Positions 1 through 12,600 of a DNA stretch of 52,439 bases are shown here, in pieces (position 1 is the stretch's first letter; each line of letters opens with the position of its first letter). Below the pieces are notes generated by a model that worked only from the letters and a program-made list of their open reading frames with translations, made no database searches and had not been told where the DNA came from. A program made the translations under genes and the position numbers. The stretch is from positions 7,802 through 60,240 of the forward strand of contig CAYVJX010000001.1 of the NCBI GenBank assembly GCA_964451895.1, in the 5' to 3' direction. Origin of the DNA: an uncultured Bacteroidaceae bacterium. Its GTDB lineage: Bacteria; Bacteroidota; Bacteroidia; Bacteroidales; P3.

Positions 1-680
1 ACCGTGTCGCATACCGTCTTTGTCTTCACCGTCGGCTTCGGATCCTCCGGTTCGGTCGGCGGAATCTCCGTCATACAACCCGTTATCGCCCTCACCGTAT
101 CGCTACTGCCGTCCGCCGAAGAAACCGTTTCATACGTAACCTCGCAGTCTTCCGGTACTTCGCGGCAGTTGATCTCCGTTCCAGGACCTTCCTCCCGAAC
201 ATAGTTCGGATTCTTCTTCGTTCCTATGTTGATCTTCGTATATACCGTGTCGCATACCGTCTTTGTCTTCACCGTCGGCTTCGGATCCTCCGGTTCGGGA
301 CATATAACCTCTGCCGTAATCACTTCTTCACTGTTATCTACGGCACGATTCTTTTCGTATTTCACCTCACAATTATCGGCAACTTCACGACAATTGGATA
401 CTGTCGCTTGATCATATACATAGTTCGGATTCTTCTTCGTTCCTATGTTTATCAACGTATATACCGTATCACAAATTGTTTTCTTCTTCTGTGGCAGATC
501 CGAGCATGTAATCTTAGCCATAACAAATTCTTCACTGTTATCTACAGCACGATTCTTTTCGTATTCTACCTCACAGTTTTCGGCAACTTCACGACAATTG
601 GATACTGTAACTTGATCATATACATAGTTCGGATTCTTCTTCGTTCCTATGTTTATCAACGTATATGTCGTATCACAAAC
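1..680 (-). repeat. In-frame tandem array of Cys/Lys/Asn/Pro-rich units (68, 73, 81 aa, then a fourth cut by the window edge)
   Basis: Nucleotide repeats: catagttcggattcttcttcgttcctatgtt at about 200, 420 and 623, and accgtgtcgcataccgtctttgtcttcaccgtcggcttcggatcctccggttcgg at 1 and 246. Hand translation of 257-3 gives VCDTVYTKINIGTKKNPNYVREEGPGTEINCREVPEDCEVTYETVSSADGSSDTVRAITGCMTEIPPTEPEDPKPTVKTKTVCDT. Unit boundaries are 477-680, 258-476 and 15-257. A more diverged copy lies at about 680-900. Confidence 0.85.
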
Positions 681-3600
681 TATTGTCGGACCTCCCGTCG
701 GTGGCTCACTAACAGAGCAATCCAATGTAAGGGTTACGGTGTCTTCATTCCAACTATTATTCAAATGGTCTTCCGTACCTACAACAACACATATACTATC
801 TACTTCTCGACAATTAACAAGCATTCCTTCACCGAAACGAAGAATTGTCAAACCTTCGAAATCCGGGAAACACATCACCATAAACAGCGTGTCGCAAACG
901 AACTTCTTGCCGGGGGCGGGTTCTTTGCAGAGAACTTCTACCTTGTTCCAATGCAGGAATTCCTTATAGACATCAATGTCTTCGGTCTTGGTGTCGTGCT
1001 TGGCGGAGCGTTTGCCGTCGTATGCCAACTCGATATACGGTTCGGAGTAAACGGTATCACAGAACGGACCGGCCGGAACCGTATCGCTTTCCTTCACCTT
1101 ATACGGATAAGGTATCACGTAGGCATGGTAGTAGAGCGAATCGGTGATTACCTGATGCTTGTTCCGAACCGTATCATCGAAGCAGAACTGCGTTTCAACC
1201 GGTTCGGAATGACCTGAGGTAAAGCGCAGCGTATCCAGATAGTACCATTCCACATAATCTATCTCAACTGAATCGATACCGATTTCGGTGGGACAATAGT
1301 CGCAAACCGCCGTATCGTGCAGGTTAAGACGGATAACATTCACTCGCAACCGGTTGTAGCATTCTGTTTCGCCACCACGCAGGTAAAGGGTATAATCGGT
1401 GGTCTTGGTGGCTTGCAGATGCCAGATGCTGTCGAGGTTGCAAATGGTAAGCGTATCGGTTTCGTTGAACCATTCGTACGGGCAAGCCGGGTCTTTTTCC
1501 GTAGGCCACGGACCGTGAACAACCACATCAATGGTGGTTCCTACGTAAACCGTAGTGTCGTAGAAGTTAAGCTTATAGAGGTTGCCACCGTAGGTAAGGC
1601 GCAATGTGTCGTGGTCTGTACAGCCGGTACTGTCATTCCATACGGTAAGGAAGAAAGTATGGTTGGACGAAACGGCCTTCATCATGAACGCACTGTCGGT
1701 GCTTATAACATCACCGGTGGCGCTGTCTATCCATTGGTAACGGTGTACGTTCTGCGAAACTTCGGTTACACCCACTTTCACATCGGTGATTTCGCAGACA
1801 TTGGTATCGCCGGCCGTTTCCACCAAGATGCGGTCTCTCACCACAATCGTCAATGTGTCTTCGGTAGTAATGCCCGTACAAGCAGGATCCGCACTTTCCA
1901 ACTGTGTAATCCTATACATAGTAGTATTTGCAGGGCTCAAGCGAACCTCATTTCCTCGCGTTACAAGTCTGCCGGTCTCGATATTTCTCCAAATGGGATC
2001 CAATTGGCTGTTAGGATTCGAAACCTTTACAGTAACCGTATCACCGGGACAGATGGTAAGTGTATCGGGTTTCACATAGGGTGCACCTCCCACAAATTCC
2101 ACACTGAACGGACGAACCAATTCACAACCCTCTTCATTCCATACTCTCAGTGTATCATGACACACCACATTGGTATCCCCGCCCGGATTATGATAAATCA
2201 GAGTACCCTGCTTGTGTTCACTACCCCAAACTTGATCCACCTTGACCTTCGTGGTATCAATCTTAAATTCATAACCCGCAATATTTTCGAAAGTCGGACG
2301 TAAATCAACCGCTATCTTGGCATCCTTACCGGTACTTATACATACGTACTGGTCATCGGAAACCAAAACTTCCAACGGATCTGTGAATACCAGATTAAAT
2401 GAATCGGCAACTTTAATACCCGCACATTCGTTCTTGCCTGTGGTGTACACTACAAAATGCGCCACACCTCCCAAAGCCTTAATTTCATCAGAAGGACGGT
2501 AGTCCACTTTGATACGTTGCGTCTTCAGAGTGGAAACAAAGGAAGGATCAATATATCCTGCTTTTTGACTTCCGTTGGAGAGATACTCCATGCAACTCCA
2601 TTGCGTTGCAGCGTCATCTTCTGCTTCAAACTGGCCTACATTGTCATAGGTAAATATATAAGTAGGTTCGTTAACACAAAGGGTATCATCCACTATATGT
2701 TTGAGCTTAGGCAATCTGGTTATATTAACCATTACCGAACCAGTATCCGTACACCCATTGGTTTTATTCTTCAATTCGAAGTAATAACGATGGCTTACCG
2801 TATCCGTAACGGCCAGTTCATGATATGTGGAATGCGGCAACTTGGTGGCGGAATCCAAACCTTTTCTAAGCCAAGTAACATTGTAGGTAGCATTCACAGA
2901 ACTATAATTGGGAATGAGGGTAATACCTTCCAAACCTTCGCAAACGGCTGTGTCGTGGATATTCAAATCCGGCCACATATATACGTTAACAGTATCTTTC
3001 TTCGTATAGATGCAACCCAAACGGTTGGTTACCTTCAAGTCGATATACAGAATGCTGTCGGAAGCCCCGGGTCTGAAAGTAATCGTATCACCGGTAAAGT
3101 TGTACGTGCCGGATACGGTATTTACTTCCCACTTGCATTCATCGGTGGAGTCGAGGTTGGGCAGACGCAATACCAACGGCTGGTTGGCGCAGGCTCCCGG
3201 ATTCACTATGTTCATGTCGGGCAAAGGCAGCACATGAACCATTACCGTGTCGCTGTTGCCGCAACCCAAGGTATCCGTAGCCGTTACGACAAGCACGGTA
3301 TCGTTGTAGAGCGAGGAAGTTTCCACATCGAACGCGGCGCTCGAAGCGGCATTGAACGATGCCCCGTTAAGGGTGTAGTTCTTTGTGGCAGCCGGCATGG
3401 CGAACTTAACCTTATCGCCATAGCAAGCGTAAAGCGTATCGGCAAGAACAAGCCTGTACTTATCGGTAGCCACCTTGTATTCGGCAACCGCACTCTGGCA
3501 ATGGGCTTCGGTATAAGCGTAGGCACGGTAAACGGTGTCTTGCGTAATGGTCATTACCGGACGGTTCTGTGCCGCATAGTTGCCGGCATCCACCGTATCA

Positions 3601-6600
3601 CCATGGCTGTTCTTCCATACATAGGTGGTCAACGGAGCTATCGAACCATAGCCGGGTGCCGAAATCTTCGGCAAACGTACATCGTTTCCAACACAAACCG
3701 TGGTGTCATTGCGACTCAAGGAAAGTGCAAACGGCTTATCAACGGCGATTTCTATCGTATCGTAACCCACACATCCGCCCTTGCTTGTAATCTTGACGAT
3801 TACAGAAGTGTCTTTGGTGGCGGTTACCGCGTAGGTATTGTTGGAAACGCCATCGCTTTCCGTACCGTCGGGCCAGATGTAAGTGTTGAGGCCGCTATCG
3901 TCGGTAACCACGATACGTGCCGTATCGTTGATACACATACTGATGGCGTTGTTGCCGCCCGGATAAATCAATTCGATGGTTCCTTCACCCGTGGGGATAG
4001 ATTGTATGTCGAGGTAGAACGTATCGGTAAGGACACAATTGGTAACGGTCTTCACATACAATTCGTACATACCCGGCGTGGGATCCGCGGGTTCCCACCT
4101 GGAGGAATCCGCATTCATATCGGAGTGTTCCACAGTATAGCCGGAACCGAATACGATATCGATAAAGCGCCATTCGTAATCTGCCTTCGGCGGAGTCAGC
4201 GCGGCATTGTCGCTGGCAAGCTTGCCGATAAAGGTAAGCGTTTCATCTCCACAGGCCACTACGGTATCGCCTCCATTGCGAACGATGCTGTAAACGCCGC
4301 ATTCGAGAATATAGAGCGTAAGGCTGTCTTTGAGCGGGCAGTAATTGTTGCTGTTCACGCTCAGGTAGAGTTTTACCTTACCGGCAACCACATCGGCATC
4401 AGACGGGATGTAAACCGGATGCAGGGTATCGGCATTGACAAAGGTACCCGTGCCGGAAGTGGTCCAATGCGGCGTGCCGGGAGCGGCCACGGTATCACCG
4501 TGAACACGGAAGGTCTGACCCGCCACGATAGTATCATCCGGACCGGCTTCTATCCAGGCGTCTATGGTTTGCGGAGCACGCTTGATATCGAGACGGTTAT
4601 TGGCGTCAATACAGCCATACTGGTTCTTCACAACCACCTGGAACATAGCCGAATCGGGCAGCGGCTTGAAGAGGGTGCTGGTCTGCCAGTTGGCACCGTT
4701 GTCAATGCTGTAGTACAGCGTTTGCGGCCAGCGGCTCTTGATTTGCGCCACCTTATACGAACCCTTTATTTCGAGAGAAGCGGTATCATCGCTGCACATA
4801 CGGCCAGGCGTATAGACCACATCGGAGGGTTTGAGCTTGGTGGGAACAGGATAGAGAACCGATTCCACCGTGTCGCTCACGGCTTCGCTATTGGCCAGAC
4901 ATTCTTCGGTGGAGGAAGCCACCACGAAGTAGCGGTCGGCATCGAGGGCATCAGTCGGAACCAGCATGGCACCGCCCATGCCAAGGTCGTAAACCACATT
5001 ATTGCGTACACGATACCAATGGTAGTTCACATTAGCGGCGGCCTGTCCGTTAAGCGTGGCGTGGGCATTCAGGCTGAACTCAACATTCTGGCAAACGCTG
5101 TCGGGTCTGTCGAGGCTTACCGCCAAGGTGTCTTTGCCGGTTACGGTAAGAGTAATCTGCGTTGTCTGAACAAGTTGCGAAGCCTCGCAATGAGCGGCAG
5201 CCAAGGCCGATGTATCGGTTACGGTAACCTGAATCGTGTAAACACCGGGCATGGAAGGCTTGATCCACAGATCGCTGTTGTTTTGTACAGGAACATATTC
5301 ATCGGCAGCCAAAGCGGGAGCAACCGTCCATTCGATAGTGTAGTTGCCGGGCATACCGCCGCTTACCAAAGCCTGCAGTTCCACTTGTTCGCCTTGACAG
5401 GAGGTCTGGTTGCCGGTGCGCGGTCCGGAAATCACCACATCCTGCAGGCAGGTATCTTTTACCGTTACCTTTACCTGGGCCGTAGCTTCACAACCGTGGG
5501 CGCCGGTAGCCGTTACGGTAAATACCGTGGTGGAAGCCAAAGGCTGGGTAAGCGTACGTCCTTCGGGCGTTACGGTAGTGCTCAAGGCAGGACTCCAAGT
5601 GTAGGTGTAAGGTGCGGTTCCGCCAATCGCCTGCGCGAAGAGCGCCGCCGTGGTGTTCTTGTCGATGACGGTATCGTTGCCGGCCACCACGCTCAGTTCA
5701 TCGCCTACCGCGATTTCGATGCTGTCGGCATAGGCTATCTGCGAAGCGCAATCACCGCTTGCCATCTGCCATAGCGCTTTCAAGATACCGCCCTTGCCAA
5801 GCTGTTCCTTGTTCAGATTCAGGGTGGCGATATCCTGACCTACCAGAATGTTGTTCAAGTACCAGAAGAAGTGGTCGCCGGCTTGAACGGAAGCGTTCAG
5901 GATATAGGCGAAGGTTTCGGCATTGGCGCAGAGTTCGCCATCGCCGTCAATGCTTATGTTGTGTTGACGCGAGCTGGTCTTCACCGCAAGCTTGAACGGC
6001 AAGGAATACAGTGTGTCGCAATGGCTGTGAGCCGCATCGGGAACTATTACGGCACGGTACAGACTGCCGTTCATCGAAGAGGTTACGGCCGGTATATGCA
6101 GGCTCGTGCCACGGTTCACATACAAGGGTGCCGCGATATCGTTCCAGGTATTGCCGTTGTCGGCGGAAATCTGCCAGTTATAACTGTAAGCATCAGGTTT
6201 GGAGCCGGATACAGTTACGGTAAAACTCGTGCTGTCGCCTTCGCATACCGCCGGGGCATTGATGGCGCTCTGAGCCGACAGATAGGCACATTCTTCCTTA
6301 TAGGGACTCTCCACATCCACCTGAACCTGAGCTTCGGCTTGGCAACCGTAAGCGTTCACGGCGGTAAAGGTATAGGTCGTGATGTTGGTAACAACCGCTG
6401 TGGTAAGCGTGTCGTTGGTGAGTGTTGCGGGCGACCATACGTACTGCATTCCGGGTGTCCAGCCGGCGGTAACGATACCGGTGAGGGGAACCGTCGCACC
6501 CCGGAGCACCGTGGTATCGGTAATGGCTTTCACCACCGGAACGGGGTTCACGCTAAGTTTAAGCGTATTGCTGCGCAAGGTCTTACCGCCCTGGCAATTT

Positions 6601-9600
6601 TCTTCGGCATCGAAGGTGGCCACCGCATAAATACTGTCGCCGGTCTTGGCATCGGCCAGCGTAAGGCTGTTGCCCGTGCCCTTATTCATACCGTTCACGA
6701 ACCATTCGATGGTAGGAGCGTACTTCAGACCTCTCATCACCGCAGTGAACTGCATTTCTTCACCTTCGCAGACGGCTGCCGCCGGTTGGATATCGAGCGC
6801 GAGTTCAACCTGTTCGGCTGTATCCACATTGAAGTAGAGCGTATTGCTGCGGGCAGGATTGCTCTTGCCGTTCAACAGGCAGAGGCCGTCCGCATAAACT
6901 TCCACATGGGCGTAATCGCCGTCGGCCACGTTGTTGTGCGTATAGGTGGCGGAAGTGTTGTCGAGGGCTACCGCCGTGCCGTTGATATACCAGTTGTAAC
7001 GTACATCGCCCAAGGATACGCCGTCGGGCAGACGGGTAATGTCGGCGGTGAGTTCAACCGCTTCGCCACGGCATACAGACTTACTGCCGGAGGTCAGGTT
7101 CACACCTATCGAAGCGTAAGCGTTCTGGCTGTCGATTACCAAGGTGTCGGCGCTCATGGCGGTGTCGCAGATGCCGTAGGAGGTTACCTGCCATACCACG
7201 GTATCACCTTCCACAAGGATATATCCGTTATCGAGAACACTGTCGTTGCTTACCGACATGCCGTTCACGAACCATGCATAGTGCAGGTCGTCGTAGCGGT
7301 GGTAGAGCGAGGTGCTGATCTGCGGAGCGGGTATGGAGGCCACACTCAACGGAGCGATGTCGCTGCCTTGATAGTAGTTGGAGGCGGAAATCCTCATGGC
7401 GTTCGACTTGAGCGCTTCGGGTTCTGCCACGCGACGCAACAAGGTGCCGTTATGGTAGTATTCCACATGACCGCCCGAGCGGCGAACGGTAAAGAGGTCG
7501 CCCATCCTATAATCGCCGGCGGCCGTGTAGTTCACTTCCCAACCGCTTTCGTAGAAGTAGAACTTCCTGCTGTCTTCGCTGCCGTTGTCGGAGAGGTAGA
7601 GGCTATACGGCTTGTTCCACAATCCACGGTTGTTGTCGATGTATTCGAGACCGATTACCATGGCGCGTTCTTGGCCGCTCACTACATAGTTGAGTTCGGC
7701 ATTGGCCTTGAGGGTGTCGGCGGCGTAAACGCTCTGCCATCCGTTGGCGGCGGTATGGAGCGTGCTGCCGTTCCACTTCATCGTGTCGGCCGTGATTTCA
7801 GCACAGGTATCGGCCACGGGGCTCAACGAAGCCACGAGACTGTCGGGTAAGATATAACGTATCTTAAGGGTATCGGTAGCACGACAAGCATCGTTGTAGA
7901 GGGTAATGGCCATGATACTGTCGCGGGTGATAGGTCCTACCGCCAACTTGCTTACGTACGGCATAAATATGCCGTTGATGCCGATGCTGTCGGCCGCCGG
8001 CAGGCTGATGCTGTCACTTTCGCCGCTGCAGAACGTCAGGCTGTCGGGAGCAAGTATGAAATTGTTCCGACGAACGCGGATACGGAGCGTATCGGTTACA
8101 GAAGGACAGCTTGCAAGAGAAGCGAAAGCCTGCGCCACATAAGTATAGTCCGTATAGTCGCCACTCTTCACCTTCAAACCGGAAAGCATTAATGAGCCAT
8201 TGTAATTGACATCTTGCTCATTGTATTCACCATCCGTATAATCCAGACCCGTTTTGTATCTCCATTCATAGTTCGAATACGGGGGATAAACCGTACCGCT
8301 GTCCATAATCTTGGGCAACATTATCGAAACTTTTGCTTCGTTACCCAAGCAGATAGTGGTATCGTTGTAAGACAACTTGATATATTGCTTCGGCAATACG
8401 ACAACCCGAACCGTCGTATCAACAGGACAATCGCCAATCACACTCTTTACCACAATCTTGACATCGGTGGCGGTATCGAAGTTTTTCGTGTAACTGTTAT
8501 TCCTGCTGGAATCCGGCCATACAACATAGTAGTCGGAGGTCATACAGTTAACACTTATCTTCACTTCTCCATCACCCGCACACATGGCAACCGCACCGGC
8601 AGTAGGATACGCGATATCGATGCAACCTGCACCAAACTTAGCGTATGAACCCATTTGGACACGAGATACATTACTATACATCACCGTATTCCAATAGGTA
8701 GTATCCACAATGCGGTAGTAACCGGTGTCTTTCACGAAGATGGTATCCATCTTGTCGAATCTGCTTACCACCACCGTAGTGGTATCGAACTTGCCATTGG
8801 CACTGTATTGGTAACTCCAATGCTTGGAGATATTGCGCGTGGCTTCATCGATAACGGCATACAGCTTCGTGCTGTCATCCGGACACAAGCCGGCCGGAGC
8901 AGGTTCAAGTCTGATGTTACATGTACCGGCAATGTAGATAACCTTCGTGGCCGGACCTTCACAATCGCCCAAACCTTTCTTGATGTAGAACAAATAACGT
9001 CCCGGCGTATCGATAACAGGCGTATAGACCATCGAATCGGCATCCTGTTCGCTTATGGCCAAACGATGGGTCAAGGCCGAATCGGTAAACCAACCCAGAT
9101 AGCCAGACTGTTTGTTATAAGCGACAATCGGTGTCAAATTATCAATGCAAGATACGATGGAATCGAATGCTACATCCGGTGCGGCAAAGTTAAGGTCGGG
9201 CTGTACATCGATATATACTGTCTGAACGCCTTGAGCTTCACAGCCGGCTTCACCCTTCACCATCACGTGGTACGTGCCCTTTTCGAGCGTATCGAAGAGA
9301 TACTTGGCATGCCAGGTGGCACCGCTGTCGATACTGTAGAGCAGGTGCAGGGAAGTATCGGCATCGATGCGGATATAGGCAACATCCTCAACACAGGAAA
9401 TATGGCTGTGGGCGTAAACCTGATAAGGCTTGAGCGGTTCCGGTACCGGATGAACGGTAACGGTATCGTTGTTGCTGCGGGCGTGGTTGTTTACATGGCA
9501 ATCGCCGTTTTCGGAAACGATTACGTAATAAACATCCCGGTCGGCGGCATTATAGATATTCAAGGTGTCGGAAGCACTGCCGATATAGCTGTTGAAGCCG

Positions 9601-12600
9601 TTACGGATGCGGAACCATTCGTAGGTCAAGGCGGCATCGGCATCAGGCGTGCTGTTGATGGTGGCGTGAGCCACCAAGGTGATGGTTTCACCTTCGCAAA
9701 CGCTATCCGCAAGCGAACTCAAGGAAACCGCCAGGGTATCGGGCGCGTAGATGTTCAGCACCGCAGTGTCGCTCATGACAACGCCGTCGGGATCGCAGTA
9801 GGTCTTCACCGCGGCACTGGTATCGGTTACGGTAAAGATAATCGTATAGTCGCCCGGTACGGCATCGGCTATGTTGAGCGTGGCGCCGGCATTGGGAACG
9901 AAGAGGCTGCCGTCGTTGGTGGACAAGGCAGGTTCGATGCGCCAACTCAGGTCATAGTTGCCGACCACACCGCCACCCGTTACCAGACCGGTAAACTGGG
10001 CCACCTCATCGGCACAAACCGAAGTCGGGCCATCCAATTCAACCTTGCGCACGCAGGTATCGCTTACAATCACCACTACCCTTCCCTTGGCACCGCAGGA
10101 AACGCTGTCGGTGGCTTCCACATTGAATACGGTGGATTCAAAGAGCGCGGTGGTGAAGGTATGCGCCGTATCGGCGTTGAGAACCTTGTCGGCCGGTGTC
10201 CAACTGTAAACAACCGGGCCTGTGCCATTCGTCAACTTGGCGTGCAGGGCAGCGAAATCACCATAGGCGATCGTGGTGTCGGTCCAGGCCGTCAAGGAAG
10301 GCTGCGGATGGAAATGAACCGTAAGTGTATCGGAAATCTGCAGGCGGTCGATGCAGGTATTGCCGCTGTACAGAACGCCGATTACCTTGTCGCCGTCGGC
10401 TACCGTGTAACCACGGCGGTGGTCATTGCCGTCGTATTCGAGAACGCCGCTGCCGTTCTGCTTCCAGGCCACTTCGTAGCCCGGAGTGATGTTCACACTG
10501 TAAACCGTGCCCACAGTAGCGCTATTGGTGCAGAAGTCGGATTGACCCACTATCTGGATGGTCGGCAGATTACGTGCCGTAATATCCACATTCAGCTTGA
10601 TGTCGGGCGTAATCACGGCCGGACAGAATGCCAACGCGCTGTCGGTAGCCTTCACCACGCAACGGAATATCGCCGTGCCGGCACTGATATCGGTGCTTAC
10701 ATTGCGAACCACCAACTGGCCGCCCAAGCGGTCTTGGCTCATCGCATAGCGGGATCCGGCAGACAAATCAGACCAAGTGGTACCGTTATTGGTGGAAATC
10801 TGCCATTTATAGCTGTTGGTCTCAGGCTTGAATCCATAAACGTTAACACGAACCACCGCGCTGTCGTTTTCGCAAATCACAGCAGGAACATCCACGCTTG
10901 CCAGCGAAGGACAATCGTAAACATCCACGAATACCGTATCAGGTTCGGAAGCACAACCTATGCTGTTGAATGCGGTAAGATAGTAAACACAGGAGTTGTT
11001 GGCTACCGCTGTGGTATGGAGCGTATCGGCACGTTCAATGCCACCGCAGCCGGTCCAGTGGTAAGTCATTACCGTATCGGCGTTGGCAACCACCTTGCCG
11101 TTCAAGGCTACGGCACTGCCCTTGTCAACCACCGTATCCGACCAAGCTTCCACTACAGGAGCGGGCAATACGTTTACGGTAAGCGTATCGGAATAAATCG
11201 TGTCGATATCGAGGCATACCGCGTCGTTCTTGGCATCCACACGGGCGTAAACGCTGTAGGTGGTGTCGGCACGCATGCTCAGGTTATCGCCAACGGCATG
11301 GAACTTGCCGTTCACGAACCAGTTCACTGTGTAGCTGCCGCCATTGGTAACGTTGGCCGTAAAGATAACTTCGGTGTTCGGACAAACGGCAGGTTCTACC
11401 GCAACATTCGTGGTAAGGGCAACACCCAATTCCTTGTTTTCCTTGAGATCGAAGGTTACCCGATGCGAAACGGCAGGCTTGGCCTGGTTGTTGACAACGC
11501 AGATATCATCGAGGATATAGGCTTCCGCATACGCGTAGTCGCCGATATGCGCGCTATCGAGCATATAAACGTTGCTTGTGGTACCGGTAGCCAAAACTTT
11601 ACCGTTCTGATACCAATTGTAACGGAGCCTGCTTGCATCGATGCCGGCCGGCAGGTTGTGTGCCGTGGCGGTCAGGGTGAATGCATCGCCGTCGCATTCG
11701 TTCATGCTGTCGCGTACCAAGGTAAGGTACATCGGTGAATAAACATCAATCGAGGAAATTGTAAGGCTGTCGCAAACGCTCACCGTATCGCAAACGGTAA
11801 TACCTTCCACACACAGTTTCACGCGGTCGCCGTCGTGTACATGGAATTTTTCGGCATTCCAGAGGCTGTCGGTGCTTACAATACTGTCGTTCAGACTCCA
11901 GGCATAGCTCAACTTACCCGGCAGCGGGTCAAACGTAATCTTGTTGCCAATCTTGGTGGCGGGCTGGTTCAGATACCAGATGTTGTTGAAGGTGGCGCCC
12001 ACACGGTAAGAACCGATCGCATAGTTCACACGGCGGCCAATGCCGTATTCAGGTTCATCCAATACCCGCAAGAGCTTGTGTTCGTTGTTCTGGTCAACAT
12101 AGAAGTAAACCTTGTCGTCGGTGCGGATAATCGTGAACACGTCCCCAGCCTGATAAGTGCCGATAGGCATATAATCGGTGGCATAACCCAAATAGTAGAG
12201 GTTGATGGTGCCGTAGTTGAAGTAAACCCCGTAGTCGAGTTCGGAGGAACGGCGGCCTTCGTAGTTGAAGCCCACCATGCCCGCCAGTTCGTTGCCCGTG
12301 GCCACATAACGCATCATCGTGTTGGCGGCGCCGAAGTCGGTGCTGACCAAATCGGAAGCGTTATTGCAATGGGTATGACTCAATACACCCGTGGAGGCGT
12401 TGTAATCCCAATGCAGGTCGTAGTGTCCGGGGGTAATGTCCCAATTGCCGGTATTGGCGGCAAAGTTCTGGCAAGTATCGTTGCCGTGCTGGGTCAATTC
12501 AACACTGATTTCATTAAGCGGCAACACGGTAACATTTACAGTGTCGGTATAAGGACAACCATAACCGTTGGAAGAACCGGTCAATACAAGGGTACGGGTC

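Noticed and set aside
1-300. A T9SS C-terminal sorting domain on the giant protein
   Set aside because: The C-terminus lies outside the window, which ends inside a tandem repeat unit. T9SS dependence is inferred only from the SprB-like architecture.
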